Assembly (NCBI GenBank): GCA_958346935.1
Contig: CATVTM010000002.1
Location: 351-64,350, forward strand
Source of the DNA: an uncultured Collinsella sp.
GTDB taxonomy: Bacteria; Actinomycetota; Coriobacteriia; Coriobacteriales; Coriobacteriaceae
Direction: 5' to 3'
Length of the DNA: 64,000 nucleotides
Shown: positions 31,127-39,851 of the stretch, piece after piece
How the letters are laid out: each line of letters begins with the position of its first letter
Numbering within the stretch: the first letter of the stretch is position 1
Position numbers and translations under genes: made by a program
Notes under the pieces: generated by a model
Databases searched by the model: none
What the model was told of the DNA's origin: nothing
The model's input: the letters and a program-made list of their open reading frames with translations, nothing else

Positions 31127-31768
31127 TTACAGGCTCAAGATCTCCTTGACCTTGGCGATGATGGCCTCGTCGGTGGCGTTGGCAAAGAAGTACTCCTGGA
31201 AGTGCTCACCAGCGAGGGCGCCCTTCACCAGATCCTGATCGATCTCGCCCAGGACGTCGACGAGCGGACGCATGGTCACAGCGCGCACGCCATCGAGGAT
31301 CTTCTTGTTGCGCTGCTCGGGCTCAACGCGCTCGGCGGGGTAGCCGTTACCCGAACCAAAGCCAAAGAGCTTCTCGAAGGTGTACTCGAGGTTGAGCTCC
31401 TGGCCCCAGCCGTTCTTGAGGGCGAAGGGCATGGCGACGGCATTGCCATCGTTGACCTGGGCAAAGGTGTAGGCATCCAGCGGGTCGGCAACATGGCCGC
31501 ACAGCACGCCAGGGAAGGAGTTGCAGGCGAGCATGGCGCCCTCGCCGGTGCCGCAACCGGTCACGACGTAGTCGGCGGCACCGGAGTTGAGCAGCACGGC
31601 GGCAAGGATGCCGTTCTGAACGTAGGTGAGGGGCTTGGAGTCGGCGTCGGCATACATGCCATAGTTAAAGACAGTGTGGCCCATGGGCTCGACGACCTTC
31701 TTAAGGGCAGCCTCGATCATGGGGTTCTTGGAGTTCTGAGAATTCTCGTTGATGAGAGCGATCTTCAT
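31127..31768 (-). CDS. RpiB/LacAB-family isomerase, DhuI-like (probable 5-keto-4-deoxyuronate isomerase)
   Basis: MKIALINENSQ, TGCGTGEG, NDGNA motifs; directly downstream of a kduD-like gene. Confidence 0.78.
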   Translation of the reverse strand: MKIALINENSQNSKNPMIEAALKKVVEPMGHTVFNYGMYADADSKPLTYVQNGILAAVLLNSGAADYVVTGCGTGEGAMLACNSFPGVLCGHVADPLDAYTFAQVNDGNAVAMPFALKNGWGQELNLEYTFEKLFGFGSGNGYPAERVEPEQRNKKILDGVRAVTMRPLVDVLGEIDQDLVKGALAGEHFQEYFFANATDEAIIAKVKEILSL

Positions 31769-31794
31769 TGCGAAATACCTTTCCTATTTCTAAC

Positions 31795-31855
31795 TTGCGG
31801 TGAAATACGGACTGTTGCCTGATAGAAGCCAAAATCAATCCCTATTTCACCGCAA
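31795..31855. repeat. Palindrome family A copy
   Basis: TTGCGGTGAAATACGGA ... TCCCTATTTCACCGCAA, 27-nt spacer. Confidence 0.8.
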
Positions 31856-31906
31856 CTTTTGAATGAACGATTGGATGAAGCCCAATGTGGGCAGTTGCGA
31901 CGACGC

Positions 31907-32716
31907 TTATTGAGGTTGCTTTCCAATGTATGCGAGAATTCCGCCGTCGACGTAGAGGATGTGGCCGTTGACGAAGTTCGAGGCATCGGAGGCCAGGAAC
32001 ACAGCGGGGCCCTTCAGGTCCTCGGGCGTGCCCCAACGGGCGGCCGGGGTCTTGGCGATGATGAACTGGTCAAACGGGTGACGGCTGCCGTCGGGCTGCG
32101 TCTCGCGCAGCGGCGCGGTCTGCGGCGTGGCGATGTAGCCAGGCCCAATGCCATTGCACTGGATGTTGGCCTCGCCAAACTCGGAGCAGATGTTCTTGGT
32201 GAGCATCTTCAGACCGCCCTTGGCAGCGGCGTAGCCAGCGATGGTTTCGCGGCCCAGCTCGCTCATCATGGAGCAGATATTGATGATCTTGCCGTGACCC
32301 TTGGCGATCATGCCCGGCAGGCAGGCTTTGGACACGATAAACGGGGCATTGAGGTCGATGTCGACGACGCGACGGAAGTCCTCGGCGCTCATGTCGAGCA
32401 TCGGGGTGCGCTGGATGACGCCGGCGTTGTTGACCAGAATGTCGGGCGTGGTGCCAAAATCGGCCTCGATCTTGGCGATGAGCTCGGCGACGACGGCCTC
32501 GTCGGTGACGTCGGCAACATAGCCGTGAGCATCAAAGCCCAGCTCGCGGTAGTGCTTCTCGGCCTCGGCGACCTTGTCGGCGTGACGGGCGTTAAAGGCG
32601 ATCCTGGCGCCGGCTTCGCCGAGTGCCTCGGCCATGGCCATGCCGATGCCATAGGTGGCGCCGGTCACGAGCGCGACCTTGCCGTCCAGGCGGAAGCTGT
32701 CCATAAGATCAGACAT
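31907..32716 (-). CDS. SDR gluconate-5-dehydrogenase family, KduD/DhuD-like 2-keto-3-deoxygluconate dehydrogenase
   Basis: VTGATYGIG, NNAG, YAAAK, GPGYIAT, YVDGG; ATG at 32716 after RBS GGAAGGA. Confidence 0.85.
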   Translation of the reverse strand: MSDLMDSFRLDGKVALVTGATYGIGMAMAEALGEAGARIAFNARHADKVAEAEKHYRELGFDAHGYVADVTDEAVVAELIAKIEADFGTTPDILVNNAGVIQRTPMLDMSAEDFRRVVDIDLNAPFIVSKACLPGMIAKGHGKIINICSMMSELGRETIAGYAAAKGGLKMLTKNICSEFGEANIQCNGIGPGYIATPQTAPLRETQPDGSRHPFDQFIIAKTPAARWGTPEDLKGPAVFLASDASNFVNGHILYVDGGILAYIGKQPQ

Positions 32717-32821
32717 AGCAATCCTTCCAAAAGAAACGTTCATCTATATAAGTCTTGCTTTTCGTACAAGCTCAGTATATGTGAAGTAGGGTAATAAACC
32801 CTCCCATTCTCCGAAAAATAG

Positions 32822-32833
32822 GTGAACGTTCAC
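32822..32833 (-). promoter_or_regulatory. GTGAACGTTCAC operator upstream of the kduD-like gene
   Basis: Perfect palindrome; partial second site GAAACGTTCAT at 32733-32743. Confidence 0.75.
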
Positions 32834-33185
32834 TTTTAAAAGGTAAACGGTGAACTCGCACTGCTGCGCGGGCGGCTCGATTGTCCTGATCGAGGAGGGC
32901 AAGCTCGAGAGACAAGTGGGCACGGGCTGCCCGTTGGCCCCGCGCGTAGTGCTACTTTTCAAACGCGGCGCGCGCAAAGTGCCGGGCGAACAACTTACTG
33001 GCGATGCCGGCGACGTTGCCTAAGATCAGCGCCGAGATAGCGGTGGTCACGTCTGGTCACGTCAAAGCCGCCTAAGTTGTGCATGGGTGCCAGCGGCCCT
33101 TATTTCACCGCAACTGAGGGTATGGGGGATGCGATAGTATTACGTGGTGAAATTCGACAAACCGTGAGCTTCATCCGAGGGCTTT

Positions 33186-33878
33186 ATGGAACAGCACCAG
33201 CATTATCAGAGTCTGCAAGACCAGGCATACAACGCATTACGCTCCAAGATCATCTATGCCGAGCTCAAGCCCGGTACGCGCCTTTCGGCGATCGGTCTGG
33301 AAAAGGAGACGGGGATCGGGCGTACGCCCATCCGCGAGTCCTTTGTACGCCTGCGCGAGCAGGAGCTGGTGGAAACGCGTCCCAAAAGCGGTACCTATGT
33401 TTCAAAGATCAGCATGGAGCGTGCCGAGAACGCCTGCTTTTTACGCGAAAAGCTCGAGAGAAGTGTGCTGATCAAATGCTGCTCGGCTGCCACACCCGAG
33501 CAAAAGCGCCGACTTGAGCAGATTCTCCTCGAGTCAGAGTCGCTCGACCACAGCGAGACGCGTCGCTTCTTTGACCTGGACAACCTGTTCCACGAAACGT
33601 GCTTTGAGATTGCCGGTCGCCATATGCTGTGGGATTGGATGAAGAGCATCAACACGCATTTTGAGCGGTATAACTGGCTGCGTGCGGTGTCGCAGGATCT
33701 GGATTGGGAGCCGATTCGTCGGCAACACCGCCGAATCCTCGAGGCCATTAAGGAAGGCGACACCGATGCGGCGAGCTATCTGGCGCAGACGCATCTGCAT
33801 CTGATGCCCGAAGAGCAGGGCCCAGTTATCGCTCTGCATCCCGACTACTTTGAGCTGCCCAAAGATTCGTCCATCTAA
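33186..33878 (+). CDS. GntR-family (FCD) transcriptional regulator
   Basis: AYNALRSKII...LKPG...GIGRTPIRES winged HTH; FCD motifs DNLFH and QHRRIL. Confidence 0.9.
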   Translation: MEQHQHYQSLQDQAYNALRSKIIYAELKPGTRLSAIGLEKETGIGRTPIRESFVRLREQELVETRPKSGTYVSKISMERAENACFLREKLERSVLIKCCSAATPEQKRRLEQILLESESLDHSETRRFFDLDNLFHETCFEIAGRHMLWDWMKSINTHFERYNWLRAVSQDLDWEPIRRQHRRILEAIKEGDTDAASYLAQTHLHLMPEEQGPVIALHPDYFELPKDSSI

Positions 33879-33892
33879 TCTATCCCCTCATA

Positions 33893-33954
33893 AGTTGCGG
33901 TGAAATAGGGGCTGTTTGCGGCCCAGACGGCGCAGCCCCTATTTCACCGCAACT
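33893..33954. repeat. Palindrome family A copy (22-bp arms)
   Basis: AGTTGCGGTGAAATAGGGGCTG / CAGCCCCTATTTCACCGCAACT. Confidence 0.85.
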
Positions 33955-34248
33955 GCGTTTGGGCATGGCCGGGGCACAAAGATGCGGTGCCGTTTGGAGG
34001 AGCAGACCGGAAGCAAGGGGTCGATTCCTCCAGACGGCACCGCATTTGTTTTGGCGCTCTGGGCTATGTTGAAGAGTTTAATCGGTCAAGAAAAAGCGGC
34101 TCGGGGGCGTGTCGCTTCCGTCACGTTCTATCAGCATACAAGACGGTTTCGGTTCTTGTCCGTGACGGAAACGGCACGCTTCCGAGCCGCTTTAAAAGAA
34201 AGGGGGCGAGGTCTAGGGCACGCCCCCTTTCACGATAGAGAGCTAGGT

Positions 34249-34890
34249 CTAGGCGCGGACCTTCTTGACGACGTCCATGGCCTCGCGGGCGATCTGCTCG
34301 ACCTTGGAGAAGTCGCCGTCGGCGAACAGGGCCGGCTTGACCATCCAAGTGCCACCGCAGGCGATGATGGCGGAGGAGCTCAGGTACTCCTCCACGTTAG
34401 CGGTGCTCACGCCGCCGGTGGGCATAAAGCGGTGACCGACAAACGGAGCGGCGAGGGCCTTGATGGTGTTGAGGCCGCCGTACTGGGCTGCCGGGAAGAA
34501 CTTGGTGACCTTGAGGCCCAGGTTGACGGCGGCGGTGACCTCGGAGGGGGTCACGGTGCCGGGCAGCACGGGCAGGTCGATGTCGATGCAGTGCTTGACG
34601 ACGTCCTCGTTGTAGCCCGGGGAGACGATGAACTTGGCACCGGCGGCGCGGGCCTGCTCAACCTGCTCGACGGTCAGGACGGTGCCGGCACCAACGCACA
34701 TCTCGGGCTCGGCCTCGGCCATTGCGGCGATGCACTCGGCGGCGCAAGCGGTGCGGAAGGTGACCTCGGCGGACTTCATGCCGGCGGCCATCAGGGCGTG
34801 AGCGAGCGGAGCGGCGTCCTCGACCTTGTCGAGCACGACGACCGGCACGATGCCCAGGGACTCAAGCGTGGTGTAGAACTGATCGAACAT
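34249..34890 (-). CDS. eda: KDPG/KHG aldolase
   Basis: EVTFRT, VGAGTV, SPG, TPSE, KFFPA, PTGGV. Confidence 0.94.
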   Translation of the reverse strand: MFDQFYTTLESLGIVPVVVLDKVEDAAPLAHALMAAGMKSAEVTFRTACAAECIAAMAEAEPEMCVGAGTVLTVEQVEQARAAGAKFIVSPGYNEDVVKHCIDIDLPVLPGTVTPSEVTAAVNLGLKVTKFFPAAQYGGLNTIKALAAPFVGHRFMPTGGVSTANVEEYLSSSAIIACGGTWMVKPALFADGDFSKVEQIAREAMDVVKKVRA

Positions 34891-35145
34891 GATGTTCCTT
34901 TCGATGTGCGGCGCGCGAGTGCGCGTAATTGCTAAAAGGGCTGGTCATGAGCCGGTTTTGGATTGGTTATCGGAGGCACTGCTTGGGGTCACAAGCAATT
35001 CCAAAACCGGCTGCGCGACCAGTCGTGGAGGAAATGCCAGGCAAATGGGGAATGGGACTGGTCGGGTTGCCGGACCGGAAGAATCGGGGAGCGGGCTGCA
35101 GAGGTATGGGTATGGGAAACTGCAGCCCGCGGAATGGGGAACGAA

Positions 35146-36180
35146 TTAGCGGGCGACGCGGGTGCCACCGTCGGCGGCGGATGCCACGGCTGCGATCTCG
35201 TCTGCGGTCACCAAGTTGGAGTCGCCCTTGATGGTGAGCTTGAGGATCGAAGCCGCAATTGCGTAGTTGACGGCAGCCTGCGGATCGAAGTCGTTGATGA
35301 GGGCGTGGACCAGGCCGGCGTTGAAAGCGTCGCCGGCGGCAACACCCTCGAGCACGTGCACATCGTGAGCAGGGGAGAACCAGTACTCGCCGCTCTCGGC
35401 GTCAAAGAGCATGCCCATCCAGATGGAGCGCTCGACGCAAGAGATGTTGCGGACGACCGAGGCGACCTTTTTGCAGCCGTACTCGGCGCAGATCTGACGG
35501 GCCATCTCGACATAGGTGTCGCGCTCCTCGATGCCGTGGGCAAGGGAGCCAGAGACGCAGGTCATACCGAGGCCAGCAGGCGCATCCTCGTCGTTGGCGA
35601 TGCAGATGTCGACGAGCGGCAGGAGTTCCCTCATGGTGGCCTGCGACTTCTCGGGCGACCACATCTTGCCGCGATAGTTCACGTCACACACGGTGGTGAT
35701 GCCCTTGGCGCGGCAGGCGGCGAGCGCATCCTTGCAGGCGGCGGCCATCTCATCGGAGACGGCGGGGGTCACGCCGGAGAAGTAGAAGACATCGACACCC
35801 TTGAGGATCTCGTCCCAGTTAAAGACGTCGCGCTTGGCCATGTTGATGGCAGAGTACTTGCGGTCGTAGACGCAGCCGTTGCCGCGCTGCGAGGCGCCGA
35901 CCTCAAACACATAGGAGCCAAGACGGTCGCCCTGGCGCACGACGCGCGAGGTATCGACGTCGTAGACCTTCAGCGAACGCAGGGCGCACTCGCCCAGACG
36001 GTTGGCCGGGACAACGGAGACGTAAGCGGCCTTGTCGCCCTGGTAGGCCAGGGAAAGCGCAGTGTTGGCCTCGGCGCCGCCGTAGCGGACGTCAAACTCG
36101 GTTGCCTGCTCAATACGCAGGTGGTCTTTGGGTGAGAGTCTCATCATGATCTCGCCGAAGGTAAGAATCGTTTTACCCAT
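35146..36180 (-). CDS. kdgK: 2-keto-3-deoxygluconate kinase (PfkB family)
   Basis: TFGEIMMRL, GGAEAN, DVNYRGKMW, AAGDAF; upstream of eda. Confidence 0.85.
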   Translation of the reverse strand: MGKTILTFGEIMMRLSPKDHLRIEQATEFDVRYGGAEANTALSLAYQGDKAAYVSVVPANRLGECALRSLKVYDVDTSRVVRQGDRLGSYVFEVGASQRGNGCVYDRKYSAINMAKRDVFNWDEILKGVDVFYFSGVTPAVSDEMAAACKDALAACRAKGITTVCDVNYRGKMWSPEKSQATMRELLPLVDICIANDEDAPAGLGMTCVSGSLAHGIEERDTYVEMARQICAEYGCKKVASVVRNISCVERSIWMGMLFDAESGEYWFSPAHDVHVLEGVAAGDAFNAGLVHALINDFDPQAAVNYAIAASILKLTIKGDSNLVTADEIAAVASAADGGTRVAR

Positions 36181-36285
36181 GGTCGCGCAGCTCCTTTTAC
36201 TCGTGCGTACACCTTTGATATGGCGTTGGCACGCAGGTGCCAAGACGGTAGGGTGCGTCTTTGCACCTGTGTGCCAACGCTCACC

Positions 36286-36310
36286 GAAATCGGTTTACGA
36301 AATCGGTTTC
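36286..36310. promoter_or_regulatory. Tandem LacI-type operators GAAATCGGTTT(A/C)
   Basis: 36286-36297 and 36299-36310 in the divergent kdgK/lacI spacer. Confidence 0.6.
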
Positions 36311-36412
36311 GTTTCGAGTTGTAGTATACTCACCTACAGCGTTTTGCAACCGAGATTTTTAAAAAATGCCTAAAATGGCTCAGACTGCCGACATTGGGAA
36401 ACGGGGTGCGCT

Positions 36413-37435
36413 ATGGCGCAGATGAGAATCAAGGACATTGCCGCCGAGGCGGGCGTGAGCCCGGCCACGGTCTCGCGCTATCTCAACAACCGCCCCGGGC
36501 AAATGACCGAGGAGACCCGTGCTCGCATCGCGGCAGTTATCGAGCGCACCGGCTATCGTCCACGTGCCGCCGCGCGCAATCTGCGCAGCTCGCGTACCAA
36601 CCTCATCGGCGTGATCTTGGCCGACATTGCTAACCCGTTCTCCAGCGCCATGCTCGAAGGGCTTTCCGCCAGCGCCGCCGCGCGCGGCTGCTCGCTCATG
36701 ACGGCCATTAGCGGCAACGACCCCGCCAAGGAGGCAGAGTCGCTCACCAGACTTATCGATGCCGGCGTGGACGGCCTGGTCGTCAATACCTGCGGAGGCA
36801 ACGACAAGGCGATCGCCGCGGCTGCGGGACGCCTGCCCGTCGTGCTGCTCGACCGCGATGTTGCCGACGGCGGTGTCGATCTGGTGACCTCCAACAACCG
36901 TGAGCTGGTCGCCGGCCTGGTAGACGCCTTGGCCTCTGCTGGCAGCGAGCGCCTGTGCCTGCTCACCGAGGCAAGCGATGACAGCCCCGTGCGTCGCGAG
37001 CGCGCCGAGGCCTTTGCCGACGAGCTTTCGCGCCGCGGTCTTGCGGGCGAGGTCGTCACCCTGGCCGACGGTGGCGCCACGGGTGTCAGTCGCCTGGACG
37101 AGACCATCCGCGGCTATGCGGGTAAAAAGCTCGGCCTCATTGCCGTCAACGGTCTGGTCTTCCTGCGCCTGACCGAGGCGCTGGCACAGTTGGGACCTTC
37201 GTTGCCGGCGGGTCTCAAGATCGCAACGTTTGACGACTATCCCTGGAACCACGTGCTCTTTGGCGGTGTGACCACGGCAGCGCAGGACACTCTTACCATT
37301 GCCGAGCGCGTCGTCGAGCGCCTGTCCGAGCGCATCGACATCGTCACCACCACAGTAGGCGAGGCCGCAAGGCTCGCGCCCAAGCGCATCGAGATCCCCG
37401 GCCACATCGAGTCCCGAGCCTCTACTTCGCGCTAG
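36413..37435 (+). CDS. LacI-family transcriptional regulator (probable kdgK-eda regulator)
   Basis: IKDIAAEAGVSPATVSRYLN HTH, YRPRAAARNL hinge. Confidence 0.92.
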   Translation: MAQMRIKDIAAEAGVSPATVSRYLNNRPGQMTEETRARIAAVIERTGYRPRAAARNLRSSRTNLIGVILADIANPFSSAMLEGLSASAAARGCSLMTAISGNDPAKEAESLTRLIDAGVDGLVVNTCGGNDKAIAAAAGRLPVVLLDRDVADGGVDLVTSNNRELVAGLVDALASAGSERLCLLTEASDDSPVRRERAEAFADELSRRGLAGEVVTLADGGATGVSRLDETIRGYAGKKLGLIAVNGLVFLRLTEALAQLGPSLPAGLKIATFDDYPWNHVLFGGVTTAAQDTLTIAERVVERLSERIDIVTTTVGEAARLAPKRIEIPGHIESRASTSR

Positions 37436-37477
37436 TCTGTGTGATACTATATAGACAATGTCATACAGGAGGTATCC

Positions 37478-37972
37478 ATGGCTGCGTCTGTACTGAGTGT
37501 ACGAGTGGACTCGTCAATTAAAGATTCATTTGCCGAGCTATGCGAAGAACTCGGCATGACTTCGTCTGTTGCGGTCAATATGTTTATGAGGCAGATGCTG
37601 CGCGAGCGCTCGCTGCCGTTTGTTCCTTCACTTAGTAAAAACACTGCGAGCGAAAACGTTGCCGCAGACATTTTGGATATTGCTCAGATTGAGTCCGCCG
37701 TCCGCGAGGCGGCCAGCCCGATTCCCGCCATCAAAACCGTGGTCCTTTTTGGCTCGTATGCCCGTGGTGAGGCGCGTGTCGATAGTGATATCGACTTGCG
37801 TCTCGAAGTCGATCGCGAGCATGGCTTTGGTCTTTTCGCGTTGTCGGCGTTTGGTGAGGCGGTGCGCAAAGAGACTGGGAGGCAGGTCGACCTCGTCTCG
37901 AGCGACCATCTTGATGGCGATCTTGCCGCGGCAATCGAGCGCGAAGGAGTGATCGTTTATGATCGCGCGTAA
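37478..37972 (+). CDS. RelB/DinJ-like ribbon-helix-helix fused to minimal nucleotidyltransferase (MNT) antitoxin
   Basis: SVRVDSSIK...LGMTSSVAVNMFMRQ...SLPF N-terminus; LFGSYARG...DSDIDL and VDLV MNT motifs. Confidence 0.85.
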   Translation: MAASVLSVRVDSSIKDSFAELCEELGMTSSVAVNMFMRQMLRERSLPFVPSLSKNTASENVAADILDIAQIESAVREAASPIPAIKTVVLFGSYARGEARVDSDIDLRLEVDREHGFGLFALSAFGEAVRKETGRQVDLVSSDHLDGDLAAAIEREGVIVYDRA

Positions 37973-38330
37973 ATCAGATAGCCTTCGCGCACAAGAGGTC
38001 TTGGAGGCTATCTTCGAAACGAACGAGCGCATCAAGGCTTTTGATATCACCGAGGACCAGTTTCTGCATGCGAATGATGTGCGGACGAGGGCGTTGGCGG
38101 ACTCCCTTTTGATGTGCGCGCTTAGGGTGACGGAAGAAGCGGGCAAGCTGTCGGAGCGCTCGCAGCGTCTTCATCCCGAAATTGAGTGGCGTGGAATTGT
38201 CGGCATGAGAAATTATCTAGCGCATGATTACGGCAATGTCGACCGCTCAGTTGTTTGGGATGCAGTGACGATGGAGTTCCCCGCACTGGAACGAGCCTGT
38301 AGGCAAATTGTCTCCGAATCCGAGCGTTAG
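37959..38330 (+). CDS. HEPN (DUF86/HepT-like) ribonuclease toxin
   Basis: RNYLAHDY = RX4HXY; PEIEW; overlaps the MNT gene. Confidence 0.88.
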   Translation: MIARKSDSLRAQEVLEAIFETNERIKAFDITEDQFLHANDVRTRALADSLLMCALRVTEEAGKLSERSQRLHPEIEWRGIVGMRNYLAHDYGNVDRSVVWDAVTMEFPALERACRQIVSESER

Positions 38331-38382
38331 TTACTTGCCATAGTCACCCGCCCTCGCACGTTTTTTGAGCGCTTGATACGCT

Positions 38383-38398
38383 TTAACCCTGCGGAAAC
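38383..38398 (+). promoter_or_regulatory. GlnR-box-like site TTAAC-N6-GAAAC
   Basis: Matches the actinobacterial gTnAc-n6-GaAAc consensus, 65 bp upstream of the GS-like gene. Confidence 0.6.
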
Positions 38399-38463
38399 AT
38401 TTTTCTGCGATAGTATCTGCGATATAGACCAGTCGAAACCCGCCCGAAAGAAAGGGGAGCGAC

Positions 38464-39801
38464 ATGAACCAGCAGAACATCGATTACGTACTCCGCTCCG
38501 TAGAGCAGCGTGATATCCGCTTTGTGCGTCTGTGGTTTGTCGACATTCTCGGCCGCCTCAAGAACTTTGCCATTAGCCCCGAGGACCTCGAGGTCGCTTT
38601 TGAGGAGGGTATTGGCTTTGACGGCTCCGCCATCGAAGGCTTTGCCACGCCCGAGGAAGCCGACATGCTCGCATTCCCTGATGCTTCGACCTTCCAAATC
38701 CTGCCGTGGCGCCCGAGCCACAACGGCGTCGCCCGCGTGTTCTGCGACGTGTGCACTCCCGATCGCAAGCCGTTTGCCGGCGACCCACGCGATGCCCTGC
38801 GCCGCATGTTCCGCAAGGCCGAGAAGGCTGGCTATCTGCTCAACGTGGGTGCCGAGCTGGAGTATTACTACTTCCCCGACGAGCACACCCCCGAGCCGCT
38901 CGACAACGTGGGCTACTTCGATCTTTCGGTGAGCGATGCCGCCCGCGACCTGCGCCGCAACACGGTCCTCACGCTCGAGAAGATGTCCGTGCCCGTGGAG
39001 TACACCTTCCACGCCGCTGGTCGCTCGCAGCACGGCATGAGCCTGCGCCACGCCGAGGCCCTGAGCATGTCTGACGCCATCACCACGGCCAAACTCATCA
39101 TTAAGCAGCAGGCCTACGAGAGCGGTTGCCACGCCTCCTTTATGCCCAAGCCGTTGGCGGGTGAGGATGGCAGTGCTATGTTCCTGTGCCAGTCGCTGTT
39201 CGACCATGACGGCAACAACGTCTTTTGGGGCGAGGACGACGAGAAGTATCACCTCTCCGAAATCGCCAAGCACTACATGGCCGGCATCTTGGCGCACGCG
39301 CGCGAGATCAGCGCCATCACCAACCCCACGGTCAATTCGTACAAGCGCATCACCACGGGCGGCGACTCCGTGCCGCAGTACGCCACGTGGGGCCTGCGCA
39401 ACCGCGCGAGTATGGTCCGCATTCCGGTCTACAAGCCCGGCAAGCCGCTGTCCACGCGCATCGAGCTGCGCAGTCCCGACCCCATGGCCAACCCGTACCT
39501 GGTCAACGCCGTCACGCTGGCGGCTGGTCTGGACGGCATCGAGCGCAAGCTGGAACTCCCGCCCGAGGCCACGGCCGAGACGCTCAAGCTTACCGACCGT
39601 CAGATGGTCGAGGCCGGCTACGCGCCGCTGCCGCGCTCGCTCAAAGAGGCGCTTGACGTGTTTGAGGACTCGCAGTTTATGAAGGATGCCCTCGGCGAGC
39701 ACATCCACAGCTTCTTCCTCAAAAAGAAGCGCGACGAGTGGCATAAGTTTGAGTCTACGATCACCGAGTGGGAGATCAAGCACTACCTGGCGAACTCCTA
39801 A
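38464..39801 (+). CDS. Type I glutamine synthetase-like protein with degenerate active site
   Basis: FDGSAIEGF, FMPKP, NSYKR, RIELRSPD present; HHEV..QHE reads FHAAGRSQHG and GSGMH reads GSAMF. Confidence 0.85.
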   Translation: MNQQNIDYVLRSVEQRDIRFVRLWFVDILGRLKNFAISPEDLEVAFEEGIGFDGSAIEGFATPEEADMLAFPDASTFQILPWRPSHNGVARVFCDVCTPDRKPFAGDPRDALRRMFRKAEKAGYLLNVGAELEYYYFPDEHTPEPLDNVGYFDLSVSDAARDLRRNTVLTLEKMSVPVEYTFHAAGRSQHGMSLRHAEALSMSDAITTAKLIIKQQAYESGCHASFMPKPLAGEDGSAMFLCQSLFDHDGNNVFWGEDDEKYHLSEIAKHYMAGILAHAREISAITNPTVNSYKRITTGGDSVPQYATWGLRNRASMVRIPVYKPGKPLSTRIELRSPDPMANPYLVNAVTLAAGLDGIERKLELPPEATAETLKLTDRQMVEAGYAPLPRSLKEALDVFEDSQFMKDALGEHIHSFFLKKKRDEWHKFESTITEWEIKHYLANS

Positions 39802-39851
39802 TCGCGCTGGCTTGTTTCAGTACGATTGAGCTCATTTCTTTGGAGGCCGAT

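Noticed and set aside
32860..33070. Possible gene remnant (IVLIEEGKLE-like stretch) and short TGGTCACGTC tandem
   Set aside because: Too short to support; no start codon, RBS or recognisable family.
35045..35139. ATGGG-rich spacer between kdgK and eda as a G-quadruplex or repeat array
   Set aside because: Spacing is irregular, and an 11-bp hairpin (35091-35101/35120-35130) explains part of it.
38464..39801. Calling the gene a canonical glnA or a pseudogene
   Set aside because: Key ligands are missing, so it is not canonical. The frame is full-length with normal codon bias, so it is not decayed.
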